A stretch of DNA of 64,000 bases, taken from Candidatus Poribacteria bacterium. GTDB lineage: Bacteria > Poribacteria > WGA-4E > WGA-3G. The DNA lies in contig OZ240248.1 of assembly GCA_965198235.1 (NCBI GenBank), forward strand, positions 3,968,001 through 4,032,000, written 5' to 3'. The notes under the pieces are model-generated. The model was not told the origin of the DNA, did not search any database, and was given only the letters and a program-made list of their open reading frames with translations. The translations under genes were made by a program, and so were the position numbers. Shown in pieces: positions 1 to 7,868 of the stretch (position 1 is its first letter; every line of letters begins with the position of its first letter).

Positions 1-1687
1 TAGCACTATTATCATTGTAGTTCGGAAACATTTCAGGGGCGACAGCATCTGTCAATCGATGAATTTGTGCTGTGAGTCCGAGATTCCAGATGTAGGGTTT
101 TCCCCAATTCGCTGTCCCACCCATCCGGTAATGGACATGTGGATTACCGAACGCATAACTCACCTTCCCAAAGAACTTTGAAGTTTGGTCGCTCGCTGAA
201 TTTCTGAGGCTCCACGCCCAAAGGGGTCCGATATCCTTTCGTTTCCCGAGTTCAAAACCGGTGCCGATTTCCCATCCTGTCACTCGATTAAATCCGAGGC
301 GTAGCGGTGGGTTAAGACCCAGATAAGCATTAGAAAGCGGTTTCTCATCAACAGTAATCGTCGCGATGTATTTGGAATTTTCCTCATCTACCTGTAGGTT
401 TACCTCCTCAAAATAAGGCATCGCTTTATACAGGGTTTTCAGTGCTTGTTCAAGATCTTCAGAACCGTTTTCAAGTGTCTGTTGAATTTGTGCTTCCGAT
501 ACCTTTTGATTCCCTTGGATGCGTATTTTGTGGATAGGGACATCCCCCGCCAAAAATCGTGTGCCTACGGCTGGAATTTGAGCGTCTAACTTTTGTGAGA
601 CCAACTTGTCAAAAAATGATTTGTGGACTTGGTCACCGCGGGAACCAGAAATCTTCAGAGATTTCAACACTGACAGTGTTCGGGTAACGGGAATATCTTC
701 CACAGTAATTATCGCAACGCTTTTAGCATTCTCTTCTTCGACGCGTAGAGATGCCTTTTTAGAACTATTGAGCAGGACACTTGTAAGAATAGGCATGACC
801 TCAACGATGTCGCCAGATCCATTTTCAAGGACTTTCACAATGTTGGAACTATCAATTCCATTGACCCCTTGGATTTGAATGTCGTGAATTCGTTTACCAT
901 CAAAAGCCCAATTCCATGACTTTACCGATTCTTGGGTTTCTTGTAACGATGGGGCTTCTTCAGCAGTATCGGTTGTAACGGGAGGTGCTGGCGTTGGCTT
1001 GGCAATTTCACGCGTTGGGGGCGGTGAAGGGGGCGCGATTTCCAGATCGCGAGGTTTGAGCGACATCAGTTCAGGAATCTCAATACCGAGTTGATGGAGA
1101 TTTAGTAGCAATTCGCCGAGTTGCTTTTTCGGGATTTCGCCAACGATATTTATTAGATACACATCATCGCCACTTTTAACAATAACGAAGACTCCTTGAA
1201 TAGTCTCATTGACTTGGAGGGTATAGAGATGCAAATTGTCTTTTTCGAGATCGCCTTGAGGGGGTTGTCCTAATGTGTTCCAGCCGCGCGCTTTCAGGTT
1301 TTCTCCGTAATATTGAACAACTTCCTTAAGATTGACAGACCGACCTCGATAACTGCGGAGATGTAAGTTGTCTATGTTGTTAAACAGCGGTGCAATATTG
1401 GAAGTAGGCTCCTCCATCACGAGTGCAATGACACGTTTGTCTAAATCAAACTGGAATTCAGATGATGGTAGATTTGGAGAATCAAAGGCGACAGTGCCGT
1501 TATTGGACTGTGATTGCACTGTAGGAGTAATGAGAAGCAGAAATGCTATCAATGCTTTTGTAATAGTATGGTTAAACCTAAAAATATGTAGATAGTTGTT
1601 CAGCGACCAACCCATCGCCGCTGGCGAGGTTTGTAACCTCGCCACTCTCAATGTCCAAATAATTGTGGGTTTTACTATATATCTCAT
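1..1687 (-). CDS. Omp85/BamA-like outer-membrane protein (DUF4252-like N-domain + POTRA-like segments), runs off the window edge; paralog of 3645-5597
   Basis: Read manually at both ends, which share one frame: ATG at 1687 after an AAGAGGA SD gives MRY-[37 aa insert]-TITKALIAFLLLITPTVQSQSNNGTVAFDSPNL, and the window-edge end reads VAPEMFPNYNDNSA. Shares VAFDxP/FQF, IxGN and RFNRVTGW-like motifs with 3645-5597. Missing from the ORF track because it has no stop codon in the window. Confidence 0.8.
   Translation of the reverse strand, partial: MRYIVKPTIIWTLRVARLQTSPAAMGWSLNNYLHIFRFNHTITKALIAFLLLITPTVQSQSNNGTVAFDSPNLPSSEFQFDLDKRVIALVMEEPTSNIAPLFNNIDNLHLRSYRGRSVNLKEVVQYYGENLKARGWNTLGQPPQGDLEKDNLHLYTLQVNETIQGVFVIVKSGDDVYLINIVGEIPKKQLGELLLNLHQLGIEIPELMSLKPRDLEIAPPSPPPTREIAKPTPAPPVTTDTAEEAPSLQETQESVKSWNWAFDGKRIHDIQIQGVNGIDSSNIVKVLENGSGDIVEVMPILTSVLLNSSKKASLRVEEENAKSVAIITVEDIPVTRTLSVLKSLKISGSRGDQVHKSFFDKLVSQKLDAQIPAVGTRFLAGDVPIHKIRIQGNQKVSEAQIQQTLENGSEDLEQALKTLYKAMPYFEEVNLQVDEENSKYIATITVDEKPLSNAYLGLNPPLRLGFNRVTGWEIGTGFELGKRKDIGPLWAWSLRNSASDQTSKFFGKVSYAFGNPHVHYRMGGTANWGKPYIWNLGLTAQIHRLTDAVAPEMFPNYNDNSA
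1567..1679. mobile_element. MITE (TATAGTAAA-type terminal inverted repeats, TA ends) inserted in frame in the 5' end of the CDS
   Basis: TATGGTTAAA...TTTACTATA ends with an internal GGCGAGGTTTGTAACCTCGCC hairpin. Colinear with the copy at 46251-46450. Confidence 0.8.
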
Positions 1688-1699
1688 CCAATATCCTCT

Positions 1700-2887
1700 T
1701 TACTGATTACTTTCGATGTTCTTCAGGCGTTGTTGTAGTTTCTTCAATGCCTCTGGAATGCGAGGTTTGCCGGGGCGATAGATAACCTCGGGTGGCACAA
1801 TCATTCCAAGTATATATTCCTCCACGCTCCATTCCCATGTGGGGATTGTTATTGAAATGGAACGCCTCGTCTCAGAATAAGGCTCTTTCGGGGGTTGATA
1901 GTACCACTGTAGTGCGATAGAGTGTCGAGGTCCCTGGAAATAGTGAATCTCAATGGGATACATACCTGTTGAGAGTGTTATACTTCCCCGTTCCCCCTTC
2001 CCCGAGTGAATTCCATCGTTATCCACGACGAGCGTTCCATCGATATATAATTTTGCCCCGTCATCTGAGTAAAGTCCGAAGTGGTACAATCCCGGTGTGT
2101 CAATCTCTAATTCCCCTCGGAAGCGAATGGCAAAATCCTCAACAATAAATTGCATTTCTGGTGTCGGAAATCCCTCGGTGTAGTCTCGTTTAGAGACATC
2201 TAAGTTTGGTGTGACAAAGGTATAGACGGGGATCAAAAGATCGAAATCCGGCATCCGGTGGATTGGACCGCCGGGGACGTAGACTTGCCCAATTAATCCG
2301 TGTCCTGGCATCACATTTGTGTCAAAGATACCCAGTCCTGCATCTATACTATCAAGGGGTGCGAGTTCGACATCCGATGCCCCAGTCCCTTTTGCAAAGT
2401 GTTTTCCGCTCCCATACCCCCCGGTCCCACGTCCCCCGCGTCCAAGTCCACCAACACCGGTTCCCCGCTGTCCCTCAGCGACAACGGGACCTGAGAGTGT
2501 TCCATCCTCACCAAGACTGGCATTGGAGACAGGGCTTGGGGCATCTGATTGTGGAAGATCGGCATGCGTAACGATGTCGGGAATTACATCAGCGTGGACG
2601 GGTGCTTTAGGAACGCTCACCTCTGGCGCATACGTCGGCGCAGCGGGGGAAGAGGGTGATGATTCTGTCTCGTTCACTTGTGGCACCACAGGTGTACGCA
2701 CGGGTAAAACCCGCTGTCTTACTCGCTTCTCGGATTCTGGTTCCAATATCTCAATCGATATGCTCTCTTTCTCTACTGCGAAGTGATTGACGAGAAACGG
2801 TGAGATCACCAACATCAGACAGATATGCAACCCTAAAGATAGTAATAGCGCGCGATTTGTACGTCCTCGCATTTTGTTATTCCTCAT
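1700..2887 (-). CDS. PA14-domain protein with N-terminal membrane anchor and Pro/Gly-rich linker
   Basis: SLGLHICLMLV transmembrane segment. PA14 motifs FAIRFRGELEIDTPGLYHFGLYSDDGAKLYIDG...DNDGIH...IHYFQG. Confidence 0.8.
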   Translation of the reverse strand: MRNNKMRGRTNRALLLSLGLHICLMLVISPFLVNHFAVEKESISIEILEPESEKRVRQRVLPVRTPVVPQVNETESSPSSPAAPTYAPEVSVPKAPVHADVIPDIVTHADLPQSDAPSPVSNASLGEDGTLSGPVVAEGQRGTGVGGLGRGGRGTGGYGSGKHFAKGTGASDVELAPLDSIDAGLGIFDTNVMPGHGLIGQVYVPGGPIHRMPDFDLLIPVYTFVTPNLDVSKRDYTEGFPTPEMQFIVEDFAIRFRGELEIDTPGLYHFGLYSDDGAKLYIDGTLVVDNDGIHSGKGERGSITLSTGMYPIEIHYFQGPRHSIALQWYYQPPKEPYSETRRSISITIPTWEWSVEEYILGMIVPPEVIYRPGKPRIPEALKKLQQRLKNIESNQ

Positions 2888-2968
2888 GCATTTGGAGCGG
2901 GTGTGTCCACAAAAGAGGCCGGGATTCGGGGATCCCTCCTACAAAGGTCTCCTTTATACTCCTATGAT

Positions 2969-3010
2969 TTAGGTGACGTAACTTAGGTGTCAAAAGGTTG
3001 CATTATTTTT
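2969..3010 (-). promoter_or_regulatory. Putative ECF-sigma promoter (TGCAAC-N18-CGTCA)
   Basis: Closely similar motif at 23281-23322, upstream of the ECF operon. Confidence 0.55.
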
Positions 3011-3036
3011 CAAACTGTCTCAGGTCGTAAACATTC

Positions 3037-3534
3037 TTAGTGCGTGAGTGAATAGATAACGGCATTAATTCCCATTTTGAATGCCATATCCGAATACTTG
3101 TTCCATGCCTGTTTTCCGTGAAAATCGTCGACAAGGATAAAACCACCGCGTAGCAGGTATTCCCGTAAGTTTCTCGCCTCAGCGTCGGTAAATTTCAAAC
3201 GACTGACATCTACCATATAGCCAAACGGATAGTGAAAGAGTTCCTCAGAACCGATATCAATTATCTTTTCCTTTGAACTCACGGCGACATTTGTCTGCTC
3301 GCGGAGTTGCAGGATAAAGTTCCGGTCTGAAGCGGGCCAATCCGTATCCCATTTACCGCGATGCCCCCAGGAACCCCTATATTTCAAGCGGACAAAAGTG
3401 AATACATCAGTCTCCGACTTCTCAACGACAGCCGCCGAAGCGAAATGACCTCCAAAAATGGACAATACTATCAATACTGATACAATATGACACCCAAAAG
3501 ATAGTAAAAAAATACGATTTATGTGTCGGCACAT
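3037..3534 (-). pseudogene. DUF4159-family protein with apparent in-frame internal deletion
   Basis: FTFVRLKY, WDTDWPASDRN, LREYLLRGGFILVDDF and terminal MGINAVIYSLTH motifs are present. The central segment normally found between DDF and MGIN is missing. Confidence 0.6.
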
Positions 3535-3644
3535 TTCGTTGTCTCTTGTTACTGTTAGAATTAATTGGACACTTTCAAACAATTCCGAATGCTGTTATCG
3601 TCCACTGGACAGGCACAAACTAACAGTTTATGCTACAAATCTGA

Positions 3645-5597
3645 CTAAAAACTATAAAACCAGAGGACGTTGAATTGCACGCTTTGTTCTGATTCAAAGG
3701 CTTTCGCAACATTAAACCGTAGAAAGGAGTCACTTTCACCGAACTGGAAACCGATGCCGGCATCGCTCTTTGGCTCAAGTGTGGGTGTTTCGTCGGTTAC
3801 ATTCCACGCTTGACCTGCATCAAGGAAAAACACCAGAAAGAGATTAAAAAAATCAAATTGCCTGTTTCTCCAGGTGAACAGTTCCGGTAAAGGGTAGAAA
3901 TATTCGATGTTGAAGAGGTAGCCACGATCCCCTGCAAAAGCATAGAGCGGGTAGCCGTTCAATACCCCTGGTCCACCGATAGTAAATTGGCGTTGAATCG
4001 GTAGAGATGCAGTTGAGAAACTGCCGACCGCGCGAGTCCGTATCTCATATTTACCGAATGCATGTGCATAGCGGAGGTGGAGTTGATAGCGCGTAAAATC
4101 GAAATCCGAGCCGAAGGCGGTCCTGCTATGTTCAAGAAGGAAAGTGTTATGCCAACCGAGGTAACCTGTACCGAGGTGACCTTGGCGGAGGTTAAGATCG
4201 TATGTGAACATGACGCTCCGCATGCGACCGGAAGTTATTGCTGGGTTTTCCCGCGCTTTTGACGTTGAACGCCAATTGAAGAGATGCCAATCTGTGCTTT
4301 TTTCCAGGCTCTTGTGATTTTCAGCAAGAAGCGTCAGCGTAACCAAGTGCCTTGGGGGAATATACTCCATGCGTGGCAGCTTCTGCCATCGGAAGGCTAT
4401 TTCAAAGCCGCGCCTTGAATAGTAGTTGTGTAAGTCTTCGGCACCGAAAATGTGATAGAGCAAACCGAACGGGTCATTGAGAGAATTGTCAACACGATAG
4501 GGAATCACGTTGTCAGGTGTGATATCGGTTGTGCGATGGACCCTGGCATTGATTCCAAACCCATGATACCATTTGTCAGCGTCTGCCTCGGGATTATTAA
4601 GTTGTGTGTACGTTGAAAACGGCAATGTATCTATACCAATTTCGACATCCGTTACTTTATTGCCAAACCCGTAGCCTACATGCCCAAAGATATTTGAGGT
4701 TGGCATGCCATTTGAAAAACGCGCCCTTGCGAAGTCAACCTCAAGAACAGACCCCAGTTTCCAACCTGTGACTCGGTTAAATCTAATCATCGGGTTTGCT
4801 GTAAAGGAACCAGAAGATCGTGATGAAGAACGTTCCTTTACAGTAATCACGGCGGTATGCCTGCCATTCTCTTCCTTAACACTCGACTCGACTTTCTCTA
4901 ATTTAGAACCCATTTTTTTTCGCAGCACTTCCACCGCTTTATTGATGTCCTCGTCACCTGCTCTAAGCGTTTCCAGAATCTCCGCCCGATCAATTTTCTG
5001 ATTGCCTTTAATCTGAATTTCATAAATTGGGGAACCATCGGCAAGTCGGAATCCTGTCGGTGAAGATAAAGATCGTTTATCAATCTCTAACGCGAGAAGC
5101 GATTCCAATTCGGGGATCTCAATGCCGAGTTTACCGAGATCCGTTAGGAACTGACCCATCTGTTCTAAAGGGACGCTGCCAACGATGTTTAGCAGATAAA
5201 TTTCCTCATCGCCTTTTACGACTGCAAAGATGCCCGTGAAAGTGTTATCTGCCTGTGGACTTTGCAGAGCGGCTCCGTTCAGGACATAGAGTTGAACCCT
5301 ATCATCTTCCTGTATGCCGTGCCAGTTTTTCGCTTTCAAGTTCTCGCTGTAATACTGAACGAGTGTATCATAAATATCTTCTTCATCATCGTAGATTTGG
5401 ATGTAAAGAGCGTCCACCGTATTGAAGGGTGCCGACGTAACGGCGAGCGTGATTAGTTCACGGGTGAAGTGGAATTGAAACTTGGCATTTGATATATCAG
5501 GACAATCGAAAGCGATTATGCCGTCTGGCGTTTCAGCGGACGTTCGCGGGGATACTATTAGCAGTAGTAAGACTATGATAAAAATATTATATTTCAT
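3645..5597 (-). CDS. Omp85/BamA-TamA family beta-barrel protein with DUF4252-like N-terminal domain and one POTRA-like segment
   Basis: Signal peptide; IYEIQIKGNQKI (POTRA-like); barrel motifs FTIGGPGVLNGY, FFLDAGQAW, DAGIGFQF; C-terminal Phe. Confidence 0.8.
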   Translation of the reverse strand: MKYNIFIIVLLLLIVSPRTSAETPDGIIAFDCPDISNAKFQFHFTRELITLAVTSAPFNTVDALYIQIYDDEEDIYDTLVQYYSENLKAKNWHGIQEDDRVQLYVLNGAALQSPQADNTFTGIFAVVKGDEEIYLLNIVGSVPLEQMGQFLTDLGKLGIEIPELESLLALEIDKRSLSSPTGFRLADGSPIYEIQIKGNQKIDRAEILETLRAGDEDINKAVEVLRKKMGSKLEKVESSVKEENGRHTAVITVKERSSSRSSGSFTANPMIRFNRVTGWKLGSVLEVDFARARFSNGMPTSNIFGHVGYGFGNKVTDVEIGIDTLPFSTYTQLNNPEADADKWYHGFGINARVHRTTDITPDNVIPYRVDNSLNDPFGLLYHIFGAEDLHNYYSRRGFEIAFRWQKLPRMEYIPPRHLVTLTLLAENHKSLEKSTDWHLFNWRSTSKARENPAITSGRMRSVMFTYDLNLRQGHLGTGYLGWHNTFLLEHSRTAFGSDFDFTRYQLHLRYAHAFGKYEIRTRAVGSFSTASLPIQRQFTIGGPGVLNGYPLYAFAGDRGYLFNIEYFYPLPELFTWRNRQFDFFNLFLVFFLDAGQAWNVTDETPTLEPKSDAGIGFQFGESDSFLRFNVAKAFESEQSVQFNVLWFYSF

Positions 5598-5641
5598 ATC
5601 TGTTTTCCGGGCATATATGGTTTTCGAGGGTTGTAAAGGCT

Positions 5642-5670
5642 ATTATAATAACTTAAGGTTCGATTGTCAA
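5642..5670 (-). promoter_or_regulatory. sigma70 promoter TTGACA-17-TATAAT
   Basis: Perfect consensus about 45 nt upstream of the 5597 start. Confidence 0.8.
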
Positions 5671-5772
5671 ATTTCGTATGAAAGATTTAACGGTGCGTTT
5701 ACAAAGTACGTTTACAGAGTAGAAAAGGCGTGCTTGGGAAGCACGCCTACGGTAGGTATAGTTGAATCAACA

Positions 5773-6253
5773 CTAAAACGATTTATCAAGGTTGAAACGT
5801 AGGACACCACGATTAGCAGTCCCGACATACAGTATGTTACCATCAACGGCGAAAGAGATAACAGAACCTGGAATTTCTGGCGTTGCCTGTTTCCACATAT
5901 TGGAACCCTCTTTCAATAGATACACGCGTTGGTCGGTCTGTCCATATACCGTTGTGCCTTCCACTGTTAATCGGGAGACGACGAGCGTTCTACCTTCAGC
6001 ATCGGTTGCGGCGTGCCAGTGCGTGCCGTCGCTCGAATACGTAACACCTTTAAACGAGAGCAAGGTTCAGTGTCATGTCGGCTTCCGCCCCAGGGACCCC
6101 ATCCGTTATGACAATCCTGACCGGCTGCCCTTTTGGGTGCGCCCCGATCAAAGTCCATGTCTCACCATCATCTGTAGAAGTCAACATCTCCCCAGTGGTA
6201 GCGATGTAGAGCGTCCCGTCTCGCTCTACCATTTGTTGTTCGCCGCCTATCAC
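5773..6253 (-). pseudogene. Remnant of a BNR/VPS10-like beta-propeller (paralog of the C-terminal part of 19821-22919)
   Basis: Two out-of-frame pieces match distant parts of 19821-22919: ERDGTLYI..STDDGETW..ITDG, and SSDGTHW..ATDAEG..ILYVGTANRGVLRFNLD. About 500 aa between them is absent. Confidence 0.8.
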
Positions 6254-7518
6254 TCTGTTCGCAACGCCTCAATTGGCGAGATGTGTGAGGCTCTCACGGC
6301 GGGATAGAGTCCGAAGACGATACCAATGCAGGCTGAAATGCTAACAGAAACTGCCATCCATTGTGGTGAGATCACGACAGGCCACTGCGGAATCACTTTG
6401 ACGATTTTGACGGCGATGTGTGAACAGGCATAGCCGGTGCCTATACCGAGACCGAGACCGAGTAAGCCGCCGATGCCGCACATCACGATCGCTTCAATCA
6501 GAAACTGCAAGAAAATGTCTTGCCGTTTCGCCCCAATAGCTCGACGGATGCCAATCTCACGGGTGCGTTGGTTCACGGAAACGAGCATCATGTTCATAAT
6601 GCCAACGCTCCCGACAAACAGCGAAAACGCGGCAATGCTACTAAGCATAATTTTGATAATGCGACTGATTTTATCAAGTTCCTTGACAGCTGCAGTCGCA
6701 AAGCTAATATCAAAAAAATTGTCTTGGTTCCGATGTCTTTTTCTTAAAACAGTTCTGACTTCCTCAGCGGCTTTCTCAATAGCATCGGCATCGACCGCTC
6801 TGACATTGAGATAATTGACGTGGCGTTTGCCTTTGAATCTATCTTGTGCCGTGGTTAGAGGTATGAACACGATGTCGTCCCAACTGAATCCGTATTGAAG
6901 GCTTGTCCCGCGTTCAGCCATAACGCCGAGGATGCGAAATCGGTCAGGTCTTCCGCCTTGAAGCGAAAGTTTGATTTCTTTGCCAACCGGATTCTGGTTT
7001 CCGAACAGTTCTATTGCGACTTCTCTACCGAGTACGCAGACTTTTCTACGGTTGCTGAATTCATCTTCGGAGAAGAAACGTCCCTGCTGAATCTGCCACT
7101 TCATTCCGGTCGGGAAATGCGAATTAACGCCATTGTATTCCGTCCATTTTGTTGCGCCACTTTCAGCTTGCGCGAGCACTTCATTAGAAATACTCGGAAT
7201 TACACATTCAACAGAAGGGCATTCGGCTTCAATGGCTAAAACATCTGCGTACCTTAAGTGTTCACCGCTACGGTTTGGAAATACGCGGTCGCCGCGCCAG
7301 ATCCACGGATTCCGACGGACGAAAAAATGACCACCAAACTTTTCAAACTCTTGCATGACGATACGCTTCGCGCCATCGCCGATAGCGAGCATTGCGAGGA
7401 CGGCAGCGACACCGATAATGATACCCAGCATTGTGAGTGCCGAACGCATTTTTTCCTGCAAGATGGCAGTGAATCCTGTTGAAAATCCCTCGTATAGTTT
7501 CAATTCTCCACTCCTCAT
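6250..7518 (-). CDS. MacB/FtsX-family ABC transporter permease
   Basis: RSALTMLGIIIGVAAV, GIMNMMLVSVNQRTREIGIRRAIGA, FGLYPAVRAS. The real start is ATG 7518 or TTG 7503 (GAGGAG SD); the longer ORF start lies inside a MITE. Confidence 0.9.
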   Translation of the reverse strand: MRSGELKLYEGFSTGFTAILQEKMRSALTMLGIIIGVAAVLAMLAIGDGAKRIVMQEFEKFGGHFFVRRNPWIWRGDRVFPNRSGEHLRYADVLAIEAECPSVECVIPSISNEVLAQAESGATKWTEYNGVNSHFPTGMKWQIQQGRFFSEDEFSNRRKVCVLGREVAIELFGNQNPVGKEIKLSLQGGRPDRFRILGVMAERGTSLQYGFSWDDIVFIPLTTAQDRFKGKRHVNYLNVRAVDADAIEKAAEEVRTVLRKRHRNQDNFFDISFATAAVKELDKISRIIKIMLSSIAAFSLFVGSVGIMNMMLVSVNQRTREIGIRRAIGAKRQDIFLQFLIEAIVMCGIGGLLGLGLGIGTGYACSHIAVKIVKVIPQWPVVISPQWMAVSVSISACIGIVFGLYPAVRASHISPIEALRTE

Positions 7519-7534
7519 CACAATGCACGTTAAA

Positions 7535-7766
7535 TAGGACTTACGCGCTTCCTCTTGAAGTCCCCCTGATAAGGGGCGGGGAATGCCATACGGGGAATGC
7601 CATACGGCATTCATACCGTTGATTCGCATTCATACCCGGGGAAGCCCACATGGGCTTCATACCGTTGATTCTGATTCTTTAGGGGGTTAAATAACTGAAA
7701 TACTCTCACTGCGAGGCATTTTTGGGTGAAATCTATTGCTTCTTTACGCAATTTGCGTAAGTCCTG
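7535..7766. mobile_element. MITE with AGGACTTACGC terminal inverted repeats and 5-bp target duplication (TTAAA)
   Basis: TTAAA|TAGGACTTACGC...GCGTAAGTCCTG|TTAAA. Same TIR as 47593-47717. Confidence 0.8.
7577..7677 (+). repeat. Three nested copies of a ~35-nt hairpin unit CGGGGAA-stem/loop-TTCATACCGTTGATTC
   Basis: Intact units at 7591-7625 and 7637-7671 interrupt an outer copy that starts at 7577. Confidence 0.75.
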
Positions 7767-7868
7767 TTAAACTTAAAATATCAAATTCGATGAATACATG
7801 CAAGTTGTTTTACTAATAAATTTGCTTTCAAGCTTTTCAGCGATAGTTTGATTTGGAACGGCACGTTT

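Noticed and set aside
7519-7629. N-terminal extension of the MacB permease (and 47672-47728 of hsdR)
   Set aside because: These extensions derive from upstream MITE sequence; family homology starts downstream.
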